Assembly: GCA_046290465.1 (NCBI GenBank)
Contig: JBKAGP010000001.1
Span: 1,920,001 to 1,984,000 of the forward strand
DNA from: Planctomycetota bacterium
GTDB taxonomy: Bacteria > Planctomycetota > UBA1135 > UBA2386
Length of the DNA: 64,000 nt
Direction: 5' to 3'
The position numbers and the translations under genes are program-made. Shown piece after piece: positions 9,075 to 21,897 of this stretch (position 1 is its first letter; each line of letters opens with the position of its first letter). Below the pieces are notes generated by a model. The model was not told the origin of the DNA. It worked only from the letters and a program-made list of their open reading frames with translations, and did no database searches.

Positions 9075-10511
9075 TCACAACAGCGGCGAGAACAACCCGC
9101 AGACGCCGTCGACGAGCCGCACCAACGGGTTGTGCGGCAGCGCTTCGACGGTCACCGCGCGGAAGTCGGCGGCGCGCTCGTCGACGGTGCGCTGCACCTC
9201 AGAGGCCAGCTCCGGGGCATCCAGCGCAACCGCCGCCAGCTCGAAGTTGAGGTTGGCGCTGCGCAGGTCCATGTTGGCGCTGCCGATGAACACGGTGCGG
9301 CCGTCGACCACCAGGAACTTGGCGTGGTTGTAGTGCTTCGGCGTCTCGAACAGTTCGACGCCGGCGTCGAGCAGCGCGCGGTAGTGGTGCCGCTGCGCGT
9401 GGTAGAGCAGCCACGCCTCGGCGCCGGGACCGTTGGTGAAGATGCGCACGCGCACCCCGCGCGCCGAGGCCATCTGCATCACGAACAACAGGGTCTGCGG
9501 CAACACCAGGTACGGCGAGCTGAGCGTCACCGTGTGCCGCGCCTCCCCGATCGCCTGCGCGAACGCATACCACAGCACCGCCAGGTCCAGGTCCGGGCCG
9601 CTGGCGACGACGCCGACGCGCGCGTCGCCGACCGCGTCCGGCTCGGGACGGAACGTGTCGGCCAGCACCTCGTCGGAGGCCGTGCACCAGTCCTGCACGA
9701 ACACCGCCTGCAGTTCGTCGACGATCGGCCCGCGCAGTTCGAGCATCGCGTCGTGCCAGTGGCAGCCGCCGGGTAGACGGTCCAGGCGGTACTCGTCGGC
9801 GATGTTGCGGCCGCCGACGTAGCCGACCGCTCCGTCGACGACCAGCAGCTTGCGGTGGTTGCGCAGGTTGACCGTGAACGGCCGCCGCTTCCAGAACAGC
9901 GGCAGGAACGGCACCGCGCGGCCGCCCGCGGCGTGCAGCTCGGCCAGGTGCCGCGCCTTCAGCCCCCAGCTGCCGAACGAGTCGTAGCACAGCCGCACCT
10001 GCACCCCGCGCCGCGCCGCCTCGGCGAGCGTCGCCACGAACCGCAGCCCGGTCGCGTCCGGTCGCAGGATGTAGACCACGCAGTGCACGTGGCGCTCTGC
10101 GTTCGCGACCTGCTCCTCGACCGCCGAGAAGAAGTCCTCGCCGCCCGGCAACCAGCGCAGCGCGTTGCCCGAGCTCAGTCCGCCGTGCACGCACAGCAGC
10201 TGCTCGAGGTCGCCGCCGTCGACGTCGTCGGGCTGTGCGCCGGACTCCGAGGGCAGCACCTCGCGCAGCCGTTCGCCGCGCTTGCGCATGCGGCGCAGAC
10301 GGCGCAGCTGCAGGCGGCGCGGCAGCAGGTAGTAGGCCAGCAGACCGAACCACGGCGCGGCGAGGATCACCGCCATCCATAGCAGCGTGCTCGCCGCCGA
10401 GCCACCGCGCGTCAGCACGCGGTAGACGAACACCACCGCCAGCACTTCGCCGAGCGCGGCGAACGCCAGCACGGCCGTCTGCCACGACCACAGGTCGCCG
10501 GCGAGCAGCAC
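9075..10511 (-). CDS. cls: Cardiolipin synthase (phospholipase D family)
   Basis: Two N-terminal TM helices; two HKD motifs, NHRKLLVVDG and NHAKFLVVDG; GSANMDLRS. Confidence 0.9.
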   Translation of the reverse strand: MLLAGDLWSWQTAVLAFAALGEVLAVVFVYRVLTRGGSAASTLLWMAVILAAPWFGLLAYYLLPRRLQLRRLRRMRKRGERLREVLPSESGAQPDDVDGGDLEQLLCVHGGLSSGNALRWLPGGEDFFSAVEEQVANAERHVHCVVYILRPDATGLRFVATLAEAARRGVQVRLCYDSFGSWGLKARHLAELHAAGGRAVPFLPLFWKRRPFTVNLRNHRKLLVVDGAVGYVGGRNIADEYRLDRLPGGCHWHDAMLELRGPIVDELQAVFVQDWCTASDEVLADTFRPEPDAVGDARVGVVASGPDLDLAVLWYAFAQAIGEARHTVTLSSPYLVLPQTLLFVMQMASARGVRVRIFTNGPGAEAWLLYHAQRHHYRALLDAGVELFETPKHYNHAKFLVVDGRTVFIGSANMDLRSANLNFELAAVALDAPELASEVQRTVDERAADFRAVTVEALPHNPLVRLVDGVCGLFSPLL

Positions 10512-10517
10512 GCGCCG

Positions 10518-11078
10518 CTACCTCGGCTTGCCGCGCTGCACGCCGCCCATCTTGCCGACGATCGGCAGCTGCGCACGACGCGGCTCGCCGTCGGCGGTGA
10601 CGACCTCGGTGGCCAGCACGAAGTATTGGCCGAGCTTGATCTCGCGCCCGAGCGGGCGATCGAGGAAGAACGTCGCGCGCCAGCCGCCGTCGAGCGTGAC
10701 CGGCTTCATCGCGATGTAGGGCGCCATGTCGGGACCACCGGCCGCCGGGCCGTCGATCTGCCGCAGCAGCACCTCGCCGACGACGCTGTCCGGCGCGCCC
10801 GCGTCCGGGCCGAGCGCGACCGTCATCGACGCCTCGGTGCGGTTCTCGACGACCGCCAGCACGCGGGTGCGCTGGTCGTAGAGATCGATCGTGACCTCGG
10901 CGCCGTTCAGCGAACCGCCGAACTTGCCGTTGCCGAGCTGGCTCCAGTCCGACGTGCCGTCGAGCTCGTAGCGGAGCCAGGGACGCGGCGGCGGCGAATG
11001 GCAGGCGGTGAGCAGCAGCGCCAGCGCGCTCGCGACCCCCGTGCGGAAGAACATGACCATCCGTCCGAAGCTAGACAT
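10518..11078 (-). CDS. Hypothetical lipoprotein
   Basis: Signal peptide with lipobox LLLTAC; coding-like codon usage; ends 6 bp before cls. Confidence 0.7.
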   Translation of the reverse strand: MSSFGRMVMFFRTGVASALALLLTACHSPPPRPWLRYELDGTSDWSQLGNGKFGGSLNGAEVTIDLYDQRTRVLAVVENRTEASMTVALGPDAGAPDSVVGEVLLRQIDGPAAGGPDMAPYIAMKPVTLDGGWRATFFLDRPLGREIKLGQYFVLATEVVTADGEPRRAQLPIVGKMGGVQRGKPR

Positions 11079-11154
11079 CCGGGGCCCCCCGTCCAAGTCG
11101 CAGCCTTGCACCGCCGAACGGAAAACGTGCGCCGAGGTGCCCGCCACCAACGCA

Positions 11155-11188
11155 GAACGGCCGCCTGCATCGCTGCTGGCGGCCGTTC
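11155..11188 (-). terminator. GC-rich hairpin downstream of tRNA-Thr (possible terminator or processing stem)
   Basis: Perfect 11-bp arms gaacggccgcc / ggcggccgttc; weak U-tail. Confidence 0.4.
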
Positions 11189-11206
11189 GGGGCTCCTCGC
11201 GGAGAT

Positions 11207-11282
11207 TGGAGCCGATGGTCAGACTCGAACTGACGACCTATGCTTTACGAAAGCATTGCTCTACCAACTGAGCTACATCGGC
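11207..11282 (-). tRNA. tRNA-Thr(CGT)
   Basis: Reverse complement GCCGATG-TA-GCTC-AGTTGGTA-GAGC-A-ATGCT-TTCGTAA-AGCAT-AGGTC-GTCAG-TTCGAGT-CTGAC-CATCGGC-T-CCA folds into a full 76-nt cloverleaf with encoded CCA and anticodon CGT. Confidence 0.97.
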
Positions 11283-11298
11283 CCGCTTGGGGCGGAGG

Positions 11299-11327
11299 AG
11301 AGTAGCCAGCTTATCGGCCGCCGTCCA
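11299..11327 (-). promoter_or_regulatory. Candidate sigma70 promoter for tRNA-Thr
   Basis: Minus-strand TGGACG-N17-TACTCT, ending 16 bp upstream of the tRNA. Confidence 0.4.
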
Positions 11328-11460
11328 GCGCGTTTTGAAGGCCGGTTGCAGTTGCCGTCGCCGTGCGCGTCGCCCCCGGCCAACCCGGTCGGACGGACAA
11401 GGGGCACTCCCGCCAGCACCTGATGGGACCGATGCCTCGTGGCGGACCAGCCGGCTGGCG

Positions 11461-11494
11461 GGGACCGCTGGCAGGGACCGCTGGCAGGGACCGC
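11461..11494. repeat. 13-bp tandem repeat, about 2.6 copies
   Basis: gggaccgctggca gggaccgctggca gggaccgc. Confidence 0.85.
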
Positions 11495-11495
11495 C

Positions 11496-11538
11496 ACGAA
11501 AGAGAACGGGCCGCGACGCCATGCGCCGCGGCCCGTTC
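11496..11538 (-). terminator. Rho-independent terminator of the HEAT-repeat gene
   Basis: 12-bp arms gaacgggccgcg / cgcggcccgttc followed on the minus strand by TCTTTCGT. Confidence 0.65.
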
Positions 11539-11583
11539 GTCCGAGTCTCAGGGAAGGGGCCAGAGGCCCCAGCGGCTTGCGCC

Positions 11584-13677
11584 CTAGCCTTCCGTGCTGC
11601 CGGCGATGCGCGCCAGCTTCTTCATCAGCTCGAGCTTCTTGTCGGCGCCGATCTTGGCCTTGCCGAGCGCGGCGGCGATCGCCGTGCGCAGGCCGACGTC
11701 GGTCGCGCTGTCCATCGCGCCCATCAGCCCGAGCGCGACGTTGTCCGGGCAGCTCGACATGCGGCCGAGGATGTTGCCGATCGCGGTCGCCGACGCCTTC
11801 TTGAGGTCGTCGCTGCCGCCCTCGAGCGCACCGAGCAGGGCCGTCAGCTGGCCTTCGCCACCCGACAGGCCGACCGCCATCGCGGCCGGGACGGCGACAC
11901 TGTCACTGCGGTTGAGCTGCAGCGCCAGGTTCTCGACGGCGGCGCCGATGTTGACCTTGCGGCTGGCGAGGTCGTGCAGCGCTGCGCTCGCCTTGCTGGC
12001 GTAGTCCTCGCGCTTGGCACCGGCGGCGTCCTCGACGCCTTCGAGCGCCGTGGCGACCGCGGCCTGCAGGTTCTCGGCCGACAGCGGCGCGGTGATGTAG
12101 CCGACCTCGTCGCCGAAGCGCTCGCTGGCCGCGTCCTGGTCCTTCGTGATGATCACGAACTTCGTGTTGCTGAAGCGGCCGTCCTTCTTCAGCACGCCGA
12201 TGACGTCTTCCGGCAGGCGGTCGGGCAGGATCTCGTTGATCACGACCACGTCGACGCTCGGGTTCGACAGCAGCGAGTTGATGGCGCCGAGCGCGGAGCT
12301 GGCTTCCTCGTAGTTGCGGCTGCGGTTCGCCTGGGCGATCGCGACCTGGCCCTTGGTGCTCTCCGGGGCGATGACCTGGATCGAGTTGACCCGCTCCTCG
12401 GTCACGGCCTGCGCCAGCGCGTTGACGACGCTCGACACGTTCGGCACGTCCGAGCCGTTGCTGGCGCGCACGATGGCCTCGGCGGCCGCGTACTTGATGC
12501 GCTTGTCGCTGCTGTTCAGCGCGTCGAGCAGCGTGCTGTTCTGGATGTCGCCGATGACCTCGGCGTCGGCCAGGGCCTCAATGGCGGGAACGGCGACGCC
12601 GGCCATGCCCTTCTTGACACCGGCCTCGAGCGCACCGCGCACCGAGTCGACGCCCGAGGCAATCGCGGCGATCTTCAGGTCGGCGGCGACCGGGCCCATC
12701 TCCGACGTGGCCTCGTCACCAGCCGCGATCGAGGTCTCGATCAGGTTGGCCTCGGCCAGGTTGGCGGCGGCCAGCGCGCTGCGGGCCTCGACGCTCGCCG
12801 GGGCAAGGCGCACGGCGTCCGAAGCGACCGACTTGGCCAGCTCGGCCGGGTAGAGCACCGCCGGCACGTCCGTCGCGACCAGCTGGTCGTCCTTCAGCGT
12901 CCAGACCACGTCGCTGAAGCCACCGACCGGGACGTTGCCCTTCAGGTAGTCCTCCGACTGCGCGAGCATCAGCGACAGCGCGTCGCCGTTCGCGTTCATC
13001 TTGCCGACGAACTTCTTGGCGATGGTCGCGATGTTGGCGCGGGCGTCGTTGGCGAGGTGCTTCATCATCGGCAGCGCGCGGGCGTCGCCGATCAGGTTGA
13101 GCGCGGCGGCGGCGTTCTGCACGGCCAGGTCGTTGCTGCTCTTCAGCGCTTCGATCAGCGGCAGCACGGCCACCGAGTGCAGCTGCGAGCAGACGCTGAT
13201 CGCGTGGATCTGCGCGTCCGGGGCATCGGCGTTGCCGAGCACCTTGAGCAGCGCCGGCACGGCGAACTCACCGTGGTTGCCGATCAGCTTGTTGATCGCG
13301 GCCTGACGGGTGCCGTAGTCGTTGCTCGCGTCGGTCGCGGTCTCGACCAGCGAGGCGATCTCGGCCTCGTCGCGCGAACGCTCACGCGAGACGGTCTTGG
13401 CGCGCTCGAGGATCGAGCGGGCGATCTTCTGCACGTCGCCCTTCTCGGTCATCAGCAGGAACCACTCGTCTTGCGAGACCGAGCGGTAGAGGTCGTGCGC
13501 CTCTTCATTGGACGGGTCGCCGGACAGGATCTCCTGCAGCTTGGCGACGGCTTCGTCCTTCTTGTCGATGCGCAGCAGGTTGACGGCCTCCTGCAGCGGG
13601 TTCTGCGCCAGGGCCGTGCCGCCGACGACGAAAGCGACGACGGCAGCCAGGAGAGACTGATGGAACGAGCGGGCCAT
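11584..13677 (-). CDS. Secreted HEAT-repeat protein with an internal degenerate receiver (CheY-like) domain
   Basis: Signal peptide MARSFHQSLLAAVVAFVVGGTALA-Q; HEAT units (AVPALLKVLG, VLPLIEALKS...AAAALNLIGDARALP); REC-like segment described in findings. Start moved to 13677. Confidence 0.75.
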   Translation of the reverse strand: MARSFHQSLLAAVVAFVVGGTALAQNPLQEAVNLLRIDKKDEAVAKLQEILSGDPSNEEAHDLYRSVSQDEWFLLMTEKGDVQKIARSILERAKTVSRERSRDEAEIASLVETATDASNDYGTRQAAINKLIGNHGEFAVPALLKVLGNADAPDAQIHAISVCSQLHSVAVLPLIEALKSSNDLAVQNAAAALNLIGDARALPMMKHLANDARANIATIAKKFVGKMNANGDALSLMLAQSEDYLKGNVPVGGFSDVVWTLKDDQLVATDVPAVLYPAELAKSVASDAVRLAPASVEARSALAAANLAEANLIETSIAAGDEATSEMGPVAADLKIAAIASGVDSVRGALEAGVKKGMAGVAVPAIEALADAEVIGDIQNSTLLDALNSSDKRIKYAAAEAIVRASNGSDVPNVSSVVNALAQAVTEERVNSIQVIAPESTKGQVAIAQANRSRNYEEASSALGAINSLLSNPSVDVVVINEILPDRLPEDVIGVLKKDGRFSNTKFVIITKDQDAASERFGDEVGYITAPLSAENLQAAVATALEGVEDAAGAKREDYASKASAALHDLASRKVNIGAAVENLALQLNRSDSVAVPAAMAVGLSGGEGQLTALLGALEGGSDDLKKASATAIGNILGRMSSCPDNVALGLMGAMDSATDVGLRTAIAAALGKAKIGADKKLELMKKLARIAGSTEG

Positions 13678-14052
13678 GGAAAGCGGACTCCTTAGGAGAT
13701 TCGGATGCGGTAGGGGTCTGGAGAGGGCTCGGACAGCAGTTACGGCACGCAGGGCGTTGGGACGGTTCGGCGCCGGAACTCCCTCGCCGCCACATCTGGG
13801 TCGGAAAGGGCTGTCGAATGCTATGTTCCGTCGCTTTGCCGTCAAGTGGACGACTCCACGTGGTTCGTATCCGAGGCAAGCTTACCCCCGGTTCGACCGG
13901 CTGCACGACCAGCCGAATGCGCGGAACCGCTCCTGCGGCGCCCGCCCCGATGGCACCGGCGATTCTGCCCGGCGACATTTCCACCGACCGTGCGGGAACG
14001 CCCCCTCGATCGCCGCTGACACCGTCCCCACAGGCGGCTACAACGAATCGCC

Positions 14053-15420
<1,368 letters not shown>

Positions 15421-15424
15421 GCGC

Positions 15425-15456
15425 GCCGGCCAACCTGCTGGCCGGCCAACCTACTG
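15425..15456. repeat. 16-bp tandem duplication between convergent genes
   Basis: gccggccaacctgctg gccggccaacctactg. Confidence 0.75.
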
Positions 15457-15467
15457 GCCAGCCTGCC

Positions 15468-16412
15468 CTACTCGGCAGACGTCGGCAGCTTGATCTTCTG
15501 ACCGACCTTCAGGCGGTCGGTGTTGAGACGCGGGTTCAGCTTCTTGACCCGCTCGATCATGCTCGGAACCTTGTTGGTCGGGAAGCGGCTCGACAGCAGC
15601 TTCCAGAGCATGTCGCCCGACTGGATCTCGTACAGCTCGAAGCCCGTCGCGGCCGACCCGCCTGCGGGCGAACCTGCGGGCGAACCCGTCGGCGCACCCG
15701 AACCCGGCAGGTTGAGGCGACCGCTCTCGGCGACGGACGGCGTGCGGTAGCCGGGACCGGCGGCAGCCGGACCGGGCGTGCCGGACGGAGCCGGCTGGCC
15801 GCTCGGCTGGTTCGTCAGCAGCCGCGTCGGGTTCTGCTCGACGACGCGCGACGGGGCCTGCTCGGCCTCGTGCAGCGTCAGCAGGATCTCGTCCTCGACC
15901 CACGGGACCGCGACTTCCTGGCCTTCGCGCAGCATGCGCGTGGTCTCGTTGAGCATGATCGTCTCTTCGAGGAACGGGTCGCGCTTGCCGCACCAGCGGC
16001 GCACCAGCGTCTCGAACGAGTCGCCCGGGCGCGCGTTGACGAAGCGCACGTTGTGGTCCTTGCGGTAGGTGCCGATGCGCTGCTGCACGAGCGCGCTCGG
16101 GCTCGGCGCGGTGGCGCGCAGCGGCTGCTCGCTCGGCGTGACCTGCGGCCCGCTGAGGCCGGTCGCCGACGGCCCTTGGGTGCCGGACCGACCGCGCTCG
16201 CCGTTCGCTTCACCCGACCTGCCGCCGTTCTGGTCCCCGCCGTTCTGGTCGTTCTGGCCAGCCGGGTTGAGGATCTCGTTCAGGCTGGTGCCGCCCTTCT
16301 CGTCCTTCTGGCCGGCGTTGGCGGGATCGCCACCGAACACGACCGCGATGACCAGGATCAGGGCCAGGAAACCCGTGACCGCGTAGACCAACAACCGTTC
16401 GTTCTGCTTCAT
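15468..16412 (-). CDS. Membrane-anchored LysM-domain protein (two LysM-like domains, low-complexity linkers)
   Basis: N-terminal TM helix; VNARPGDSF...[10 protein letters not shown] and [12 protein letters not shown]...LNP...[10 protein letters not shown]. Confidence 0.8.
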   Translation of the reverse strand: MKQNERLLVYAVTGFLALILVIAVVFGGDPANAGQKDEKGGTSLNEILNPAGQNDQNGGDQNGGRSGEANGERGRSGTQGPSATGLSGPQVTPSEQPLRATAPSPSALVQQRIGTYRKDHNVRFVNARPGDSFETLVRRWCGKRDPFLEETIMLNETTRMLREGQEVAVPWVEDEILLTLHEAEQAPSRVVEQNPTRLLTNQPSGQPAPSGTPGPAAAGPGYRTPSVAESGRLNLPGSGAPTGSPAGSPAGGSAATGFELYEIQSGDMLWKLLSSRFPTNKVPSMIERVKKLNPRLNTDRLKVGQKIKLPTSAE

Positions 16413-16607
16413 GCTGCCCTCCGGTCGGAGTCGTTCCGACCTGACCGTTTGGACGGGCGAACGGCTTCTTGCGAGAGCTACCCGCAGTTGACCGAGCCGT
16501 GGCCGCGTCCCTTGCCTCTTGGATCCAGTAGACGTCGCCGGGATGACCGCCCTGCGACGCCGCGGATGTTACGGCAACTACGCCCCACCGCCAAGCACCG
16601 GCCAGAG

Positions 16608-17345
16608 TTACTTGCCGTCGTCGCTCGGACGAGCCGGCTTCGGCGGCGCGTGCTCGACCACCTTGGTGCCGTCGGGCACCTCGAGTTCGGCCGACGGCGG
16701 GTCCTTCGGGTTCGGCCGCAGCTTCAGCAGTTCGATCTCGACCAGGTCGCCGCCGCGGTCGCGGTAGGCCACCGAACGCAGCGCTCCGGTCTCGGCATGC
16801 AGCGTAACTTGCAGCTCGGCGACCCGCCGCCGCACCTGCTCGTCGCGTGGCTGCAGGCGCACCCGCGCCAGCGATCGCTCGGCGACGTCGTCGCAGGCGA
16901 CGATGCGGAAGTCGCGCAGCAGGCGGTCGACGTCGCCACCGATCGCCGCGAACAGGCCGTTGGCCAGCTCCGGGCCACCGAGCAGGAACCGCTCGACGCG
17001 CTTCCGCCGTGGCCGGTAGACCTGGTAGTGCTTCGCGGTCAACTGCACGACCGACGGCCGTGGCTTCTTGGCACGGAACATGACGCAGCCGGGATCGCGC
17101 ACGAACAAGAACGCCCCACTGCTGCGCAGCGGCTTCTTCGACAGCGCCGTGGTGCGGCGCTGCACGTAGTCAGCGACCAGGACCCGCACGTCCGCACTGC
17201 GTTTGCCGTGGGCGCGCAGCAGCCGTTCGGCGCGCTCGCCCGCGGACTCCTTCGCCGGCACATCTGGAGCCGGCGCGGGCGGCGTCTCCCCTTGCTGGGC
17301 GGACAGCGACAGCGGCAGCAGCAACAGGCAGAGGGTGCGCATCAT
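16608..17345 (-). CDS. LolA-like outer-membrane lipoprotein carrier family protein
   Basis: Signal peptide [40 protein letters not shown] pattern typical of LolA folds; ATGA overlap with the upstream halogenase. Confidence 0.7.
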   Translation of the reverse strand: MMRTLCLLLLPLSLSAQQGETPPAPAPDVPAKESAGERAERLLRAHGKRSADVRVLVADYVQRRTTALSKKPLRSSGAFLFVRDPGCVMFRAKKPRPSVVQLTAKHYQVYRPRRKRVERFLLGGPELANGLFAAIGGDVDRLLRDFRIVACDDVAERSLARVRLQPRDEQVRRRVAELQVTLHAETGALRSVAYRDRGGDLVEIELLKLRPNPKDPPSAELEVPDGTKVVEHAPPKPARPSDDGK

Positions 17346-18655
17346 CGTTCGAGCATCGGTTCGGGGGCCGCGGTGTCGAGCTCGACGGCCGCGCCGTGGT
17401 CCAGGCGCGGCACCAGCTCGTAGCGCTCCTGCAGGCGACCCAGCAGGAAGAACAGCCTCAGGCGCAGGCGATCGAGCGGACCGAGGTCGAAGCCGCCGGC
17501 CAGCACGCGGGTGACGGCGCGGTCGATGCCGAGGATGCGCCGCGGATGGAATAACAGGTCGCGCACCGCAGGATCGTAGAAGCCGGTGACGAACCGCCGC
17601 ACGAACGCGTAGCGGCGCTGCAGCGTGCGCTGGTAGCGGGCGCGCGCCCGCCGCGGGTCGGCGCGTCGCGAGAGCCAGCCGCGTTCGCACGCGTCGGCCG
17701 CTTCGACGCCGCTCTGCAGCGCCATCTGCACGCCGGTCGACCAGACCGGGTCGAGGAACGAGCCGGCGTCGCCGGCGAGCAACCAGCGATCGCCGCAGTA
17801 ACGTTCGGCGCGGTAGCTGAAGCCGCTCTCGGCGCGGAACGGCGTGACCCGCTCGGCGTGGCCGAGCAGCACGGTCGCGACCGGCGACGACGCGACCGAG
17901 CGATCGAAGATCGCCTGCAGGTCGCCCTTGTCCTGCCGTCGGTAGTCGGCGAGGTCGAGCACCACGCCGACGCTGGTCAGGTCGTCGCCGATCGGGATCC
18001 ACCACATCCAACCGAGCTCGGGCAGCACCGAGATGCGGGTGTCGGCCGCGCGTCGGCCGTCGTCGCGGCGCACGCCGCGGAAGTGCGCGTAGACGCTGGC
18101 CTTCTTCAGGTCCGGATCGGGCACGCGCACGCCTTCGCCGCGCGCGACCAGGCCGGCCCGCCCGCTGGCATCGACGATCGCCGCGGCGCGCGCCTGCCGC
18201 TGCCGCCCGTCGTCGCCGACGTGGGTCACCGTGACCCCTTCGGCGTCGATCGCGTAGCCACGCGCGCGGGCCTGCACCACGTCGGCGCCCAACTCGCGCA
18301 CGTGCTCGAGCATCAGCTGGTCGAACTCGGCGCGCGGCACCTGCACGGTCTCGCTCGGATGGATGCGCTTCTCGGCGAAGTCGAACACGACCTTGCGTCC
18401 GCCACAGCTGCTCAGCAGCTGCGCGCCGCGCTTGGGGTGGAAGCCGGCGGCGCGCACCTTGTCGGCGACGCCGATCTCGTCGAACACATGGTTGCCGAGC
18501 GGCAGCAGCGACTCGCCGACGTGGAACCGCGGGAACCGTTCGCTCTCGAGCACCAGCACCGAGCGGCCGAGGCGCCGCAGCCGGCCGGCGGCGGCGGCGC
18601 CGGCGGGGCCGCCCCCCACCACCACGACGTCGTGCTGCGACGGGTGCTGCATCAC
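17342..18655 (-). CDS. Flavin-dependent oxidoreductase, tryptophan-halogenase-like
   Basis: [31 protein letters not shown] (WxWxIP halogenase motif), [15 protein letters not shown]. Confidence 0.8.
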   Translation of the reverse strand: MMQHPSQHDVVVVGGGPAGAAAAGRLRRLGRSVLVLESERFPRFHVGESLLPLGNHVFDEIGVADKVRAAGFHPKRGAQLLSSCGGRKVVFDFAEKRIHPSETVQVPRAEFDQLMLEHVRELGADVVQARARGYAIDAEGVTVTHVGDDGRQRQARAAAIVDASGRAGLVARGEGVRVPDPDLKKASVYAHFRGVRRDDGRRAADTRISVLPELGWMWWIPIGDDLTSVGVVLDLADYRRQDKGDLQAIFDRSVASSPVATVLLGHAERVTPFRAESGFSYRAERYCGDRWLLAGDAGSFLDPVWSTGVQMALQSGVEAADACERGWLSRRADPRRARARYQRTLQRRYAFVRRFVTGFYDPAVRDLLFHPRRILGIDRAVTRVLAGGFDLGPLDRLRLRLFFLLGRLQERYELVPRLDHGAAVELDTAAPEPMLER

Positions 18656-20311
18656 CTAGCCGCCGAGGTCGACGTCGTTCTCCTGCGCGAACTTCTGCGC
18701 CTCTTCGTAGCCGGCGTCGGCGTGGCGCACGATGCCCATGCCCGGATCACAGGTGAACACGCGCTGGATCCGCGCGGCCGCCTCGGGCGTGCCGTCGGCG
18801 ACGGTGACCTGGCCGGCGTGGATCGACTTGCCCATGCCGACACCGCCGCCGTGGTGCAGCGACACCCAGGTCGCGCCCGACGCGACCGCCAGCATGCCGT
18901 TGAGCAGCGGCCAGTCGGCGATCATGTCCGAGCCGTCCTTCATCGCCTCGGTCTCGCGATACGGCGACGCCACCGAACCGCAGTCGAGGTGGTCGCGGCC
19001 GAACACGATCGGCGCCGAGATCTCGCCCTTGCCGATCAGCTCGTTGACCGCCAGACCGAACCGGGCGCGCTCGCCGTAGCCGAGCCACAGGATGCGCGAC
19101 GGCAGTCCCTGCCACGCGATCTTCTGCTGCGCCTTCTCGATCCACGTGCACAGCGACTCGTTGTCGCCGAACATCTCCAGCGCCAGCTGGTCGGTGCGCG
19201 CGATGTCCTTGGGATCGCCACTCAGCGCGACCCAGCGGAACGGACCGCGACCGTGGCAGAACAGCGGCCGGATGTACTCCGGGATGAAGCCCGGGATCCG
19301 GAACGCCTCGGCGACGCCGTGGTCGCGCGCCTCGGTGCGGATGTTGTTGCCGTAGTCGAACGTGATCGCGCCCTTCTCCTGCAGCTCGAGCATCAGCGAC
19401 ACGTGCCTCGCGCAGGTGCGGCCCGACTCCTCGAGGTACTTCTTCGGATCGCGCTCGCGCAGTTCGTTGGCCTGTTCGACGGTCATGCCGTCGGGCACGT
19501 AGCCGACGAGCATGTCGTGCGCCGAGGTCTGGTCGGTCAGCATGTCCGGCACCACGCCGGCGTCGCGGATCGTCTCGAGCAGCTCGGTCGCGTTGCAGCA
19601 GACGCCGATCGACCACGGCTCGCCGGCCGCCGCCCGCCGCTGCGCCGCCGCCAGCGCCTGCTTCGGGTCGTCGATCCGTTCGTCGAGGTAGCGGGTCTCG
19701 AGGCGCTTGTCGATGCGCCAGCCCTCGACGTCGGCCGCGAGGCAGACACCGCCGGCCATCGTGATCGCGAGCGGCTGCGCGCCGCCCATGCCGCCGAGTC
19801 CGGCGGTGACCACCAGCTTGCCCTTCAGATCGCTGCCGTAGTGCTGCTTGCCGGCGGCGACGAACGTCTCGTAGGTGCCCTGCACGATCCCCTGGCTGCC
19901 GATGTAGATCCAGCTGCCGGCGGTCATCTGGCCGTACATGATCAGCCCGAGCTTGTCGAGACGGCGGAACTCGTCCCAGTTGGCCCAGTCGCCGACCAGG
20001 TTGCTGTTGGCGATCAGCACGCGCGGCGCGTCGGCATGCGAACGGAACACGCCGACGCACTTGCCGGACTGCACCAGCATGGTCTCGTCGGGCTGCAGGC
20101 GACGCAGCGTCGCGAGGATCTTCTGCAGCGCCTCCGGGTTGCGCGCCGCCTTGCCGAGACCGCCGTAGACGATCAGCTTCTCCGGATCCTCGGCGACCTC
20201 CGGATCGAGGTTGTTCTGCACCATCCGGTAGGCAGCTTCGATCTGCCAGTTGGCGCACGTCAGGTCAGTGCCCCGGGGGGCGCGGTAGCCAGTCGTTCCG
20301 GTCGCGGTCAT
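18656..20311 (-). CDS. hutU: Urocanate hydratase
   Basis: [68 protein letters not shown]. Start at ATG 20311. Confidence 0.97.
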   Translation of the reverse strand: MTATGTTGYRAPRGTDLTCANWQIEAAYRMVQNNLDPEVAEDPEKLIVYGGLGKAARNPEALQKILATLRRLQPDETMLVQSGKCVGVFRSHADAPRVLIANSNLVGDWANWDEFRRLDKLGLIMYGQMTAGSWIYIGSQGIVQGTYETFVAAGKQHYGSDLKGKLVVTAGLGGMGGAQPLAITMAGGVCLAADVEGWRIDKRLETRYLDERIDDPKQALAAAQRRAAAGEPWSIGVCCNATELLETIRDAGVVPDMLTDQTSAHDMLVGYVPDGMTVEQANELRERDPKKYLEESGRTCARHVSLMLELQEKGAITFDYGNNIRTEARDHGVAEAFRIPGFIPEYIRPLFCHGRGPFRWVALSGDPKDIARTDQLALEMFGDNESLCTWIEKAQQKIAWQGLPSRILWLGYGERARFGLAVNELIGKGEISAPIVFGRDHLDCGSVASPYRETEAMKDGSDMIADWPLLNGMLAVASGATWVSLHHGGGVGMGKSIHAGQVTVADGTPEAAARIQRVFTCDPGMGIVRHADAGYEEAQKFAQENDVDLGG

Positions 20312-20361
20312 GCCGGCTAGCGTCGCGCGCGCGCCACCCGACTGCAAGCTGCGCGGCCCGT

Positions 20362-21888
20362 CTACACAGCCAACGGCCCGACCTTCTTCTCGACCGCCGT
20401 GACCAGCGTGCCGTCGGTGATGACCAACTCTGCCTCCTTCAGGTCGGGCGCCAGGTAGCGGTCGCCCTCGAGCCCGTCGACGCGACGCCGCAGCGCCCGG
20501 TAGGCGGCGGCGACGCCGACGCCCGGCTTGAGTTTGTCGCCGAGGTCGAGGCCCTGCGCCGCGCACAGCAGCTCGATGCCGAGCACCTTGGCGGTGTTGG
20601 CCATGACCCGGTCGGCGTGGCGCGCGGCGGTCACGCCCATCGAGACGTGGTCCTCGCGGTTGGCGCTGGTCGGCACGGTGTCGACGCTGGCCGGGTGCGC
20701 CAGGGTCTTGTTCTCGCTGGCGAGCGACGCGGCGACCACCTGCGGGATCATGAACCCCGACTCGAGGCCCGGGTTCTTGGCCAGGAACGGCGGCAGGCCG
20801 GAGATGTCCGGGTTGACCAGCTGCTCGACGCGACGTTCGCTGATGTTGGCCAGCGTGGTGACCGCGATCTTGCAGAAGTCGAGCGCCTGGCTGACCGGCT
20901 GGCCGTGGAAGTTGCCGGCCGAGATCACGTCGCCCTCGAACACCAGCGGGTTGTCGGTGACCGAGTTGGCCTCGGTGACCAGCACGTCGAGCGCGTAGCG
21001 CACGCCGTCCTTGGCGGCGCCGTGCACCTGCGGCGAACAGCGCAGCGAGTAGGCGTCCTGCACCTTGGTGCAGTCCTTGTGGCTCGGCACCACCGCGCTG
21101 TCCTGCAGCAGCGCGCGCAGGTTGGCGGCGGTCGCGATCTGGCCCTCGTGCGGCCGCACCTCGTGCACGCGCGGATCGAACGGCCGTTCGCTGCCGCGCA
21201 GTGCCTCGACCGTCATCGCGCAGGTGATGTCCGCGGTGCGGCACAGCCGCATCGCCTGGTCGACGACCAGGCAGCCGATCGCGGTCATGATCTGGGTGCC
21301 GTTGATCAGTGCCAGGCCCTCCTTCTCGGCCAGCTCGATCGGCTTGCGCTTCAGCTTCTTCAGCGCCGCGGCTCCGGAGAGGACCTTGCCGTCGCAGTGC
21401 ACCTCGCCGCAGCCGATCAGCGGCAGCGCCATGTGGCTCAGCGGCGCCAGGTCGCCGCTCGCCCCGACCGAACCCTGCGACGGGATCACCGGGATCAGGT
21501 CCGCGTTCCACAGCGCGATCGCCTGGTCGATCAACTTGCGGCGCACGCCGGAGCTGCCGAGCGCGAGGTTGTGGATGCGCAGCGCGAACGCCAGCCGACT
21601 CTGTTCGATCGTCAGCGGCTCGCCGACGCCGGTCGCGTGGCTCAGCAGCAGGTTCTTCTGCAGCTGGCCGAGCTGCTCGTCGGCGATCCGCACGCCGGCC
21701 AGCTTGCCGAAGCCGGTGTTGATGCCGTACATCGTGGCGCCCTTGGCGACCGCGTCGTCGACGATCGCGCGACAGGCGTCGACGGCCTCCTTGCTGGCCG
21801 GGGTCAGCGCGATGCGGTTCTTGGGACGGCTCAGCGCGACGAGCGTCGCGAGCGGGAGGTCGGGTTCACCGAGCAGGATCTTGGCCAC
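20362..21888 (-). CDS. hutH: Histidine ammonia-lyase
   Basis: [17 protein letters not shown] motif [29 protein letters not shown]; adjacent to hutU. Confidence 0.95.
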   Translation of the reverse strand: MAKILLGEPDLPLATLVALSRPKNRIALTPASKEAVDACRAIVDDAVAKGATMYGINTGFGKLAGVRIADEQLGQLQKNLLLSHATGVGEPLTIEQSRLAFALRIHNLALGSSGVRRKLIDQAIALWNADLIPVIPSQGSVGASGDLAPLSHMALPLIGCGEVHCDGKVLSGAAALKKLKRKPIELAEKEGLALINGTQIMTAIGCLVVDQAMRLCRTADITCAMTVEALRGSERPFDPRVHEVRPHEGQIATAANLRALLQDSAVVPSHKDCTKVQDAYSLRCSPQVHGAAKDGVRYALDVLVTEANSVTDNPLVFEGDVISAGNFHGQPVSQALDFCKIAVTTLANISERRVEQLVNPDISGLPPFLAKNPGLESGFMIPQVVAASLASENKTLAHPASVDTVPTSANREDHVSMGVTAARHADRVMANTAKVLGIELLCAAQGLDLGDKLKPGVGVAAAYRALRRRVDGLEGDRYLAPDLKEAELVITDGTLVTAVEKKVGPLAV

Positions 21889-21897
21889 GCGCCGAAC

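Noticed and set aside
11207..11282. tRNA-Thr as a genomic-island attachment site
   Set aside because: No integrase, no duplicated tRNA 3' end noticed, and no compositional break in the flanking genes.
18656..21511. 951-aa HutU with a long N-terminal extension
   Set aside because: The extension is an off-frame read of hutH; real HutU starts at 20311. The same artefact affects the ORFs at 6021, 29401, 33591, 36984, 52283 and 16608.
16608..21888. Complete aryl-polyene/xanthomonadin biosynthetic cluster
   Set aside because: No ketosynthase, ACP, thioesterase or MMPL in the window. The lyase has HAL-type SH residues and sits next to hutU.
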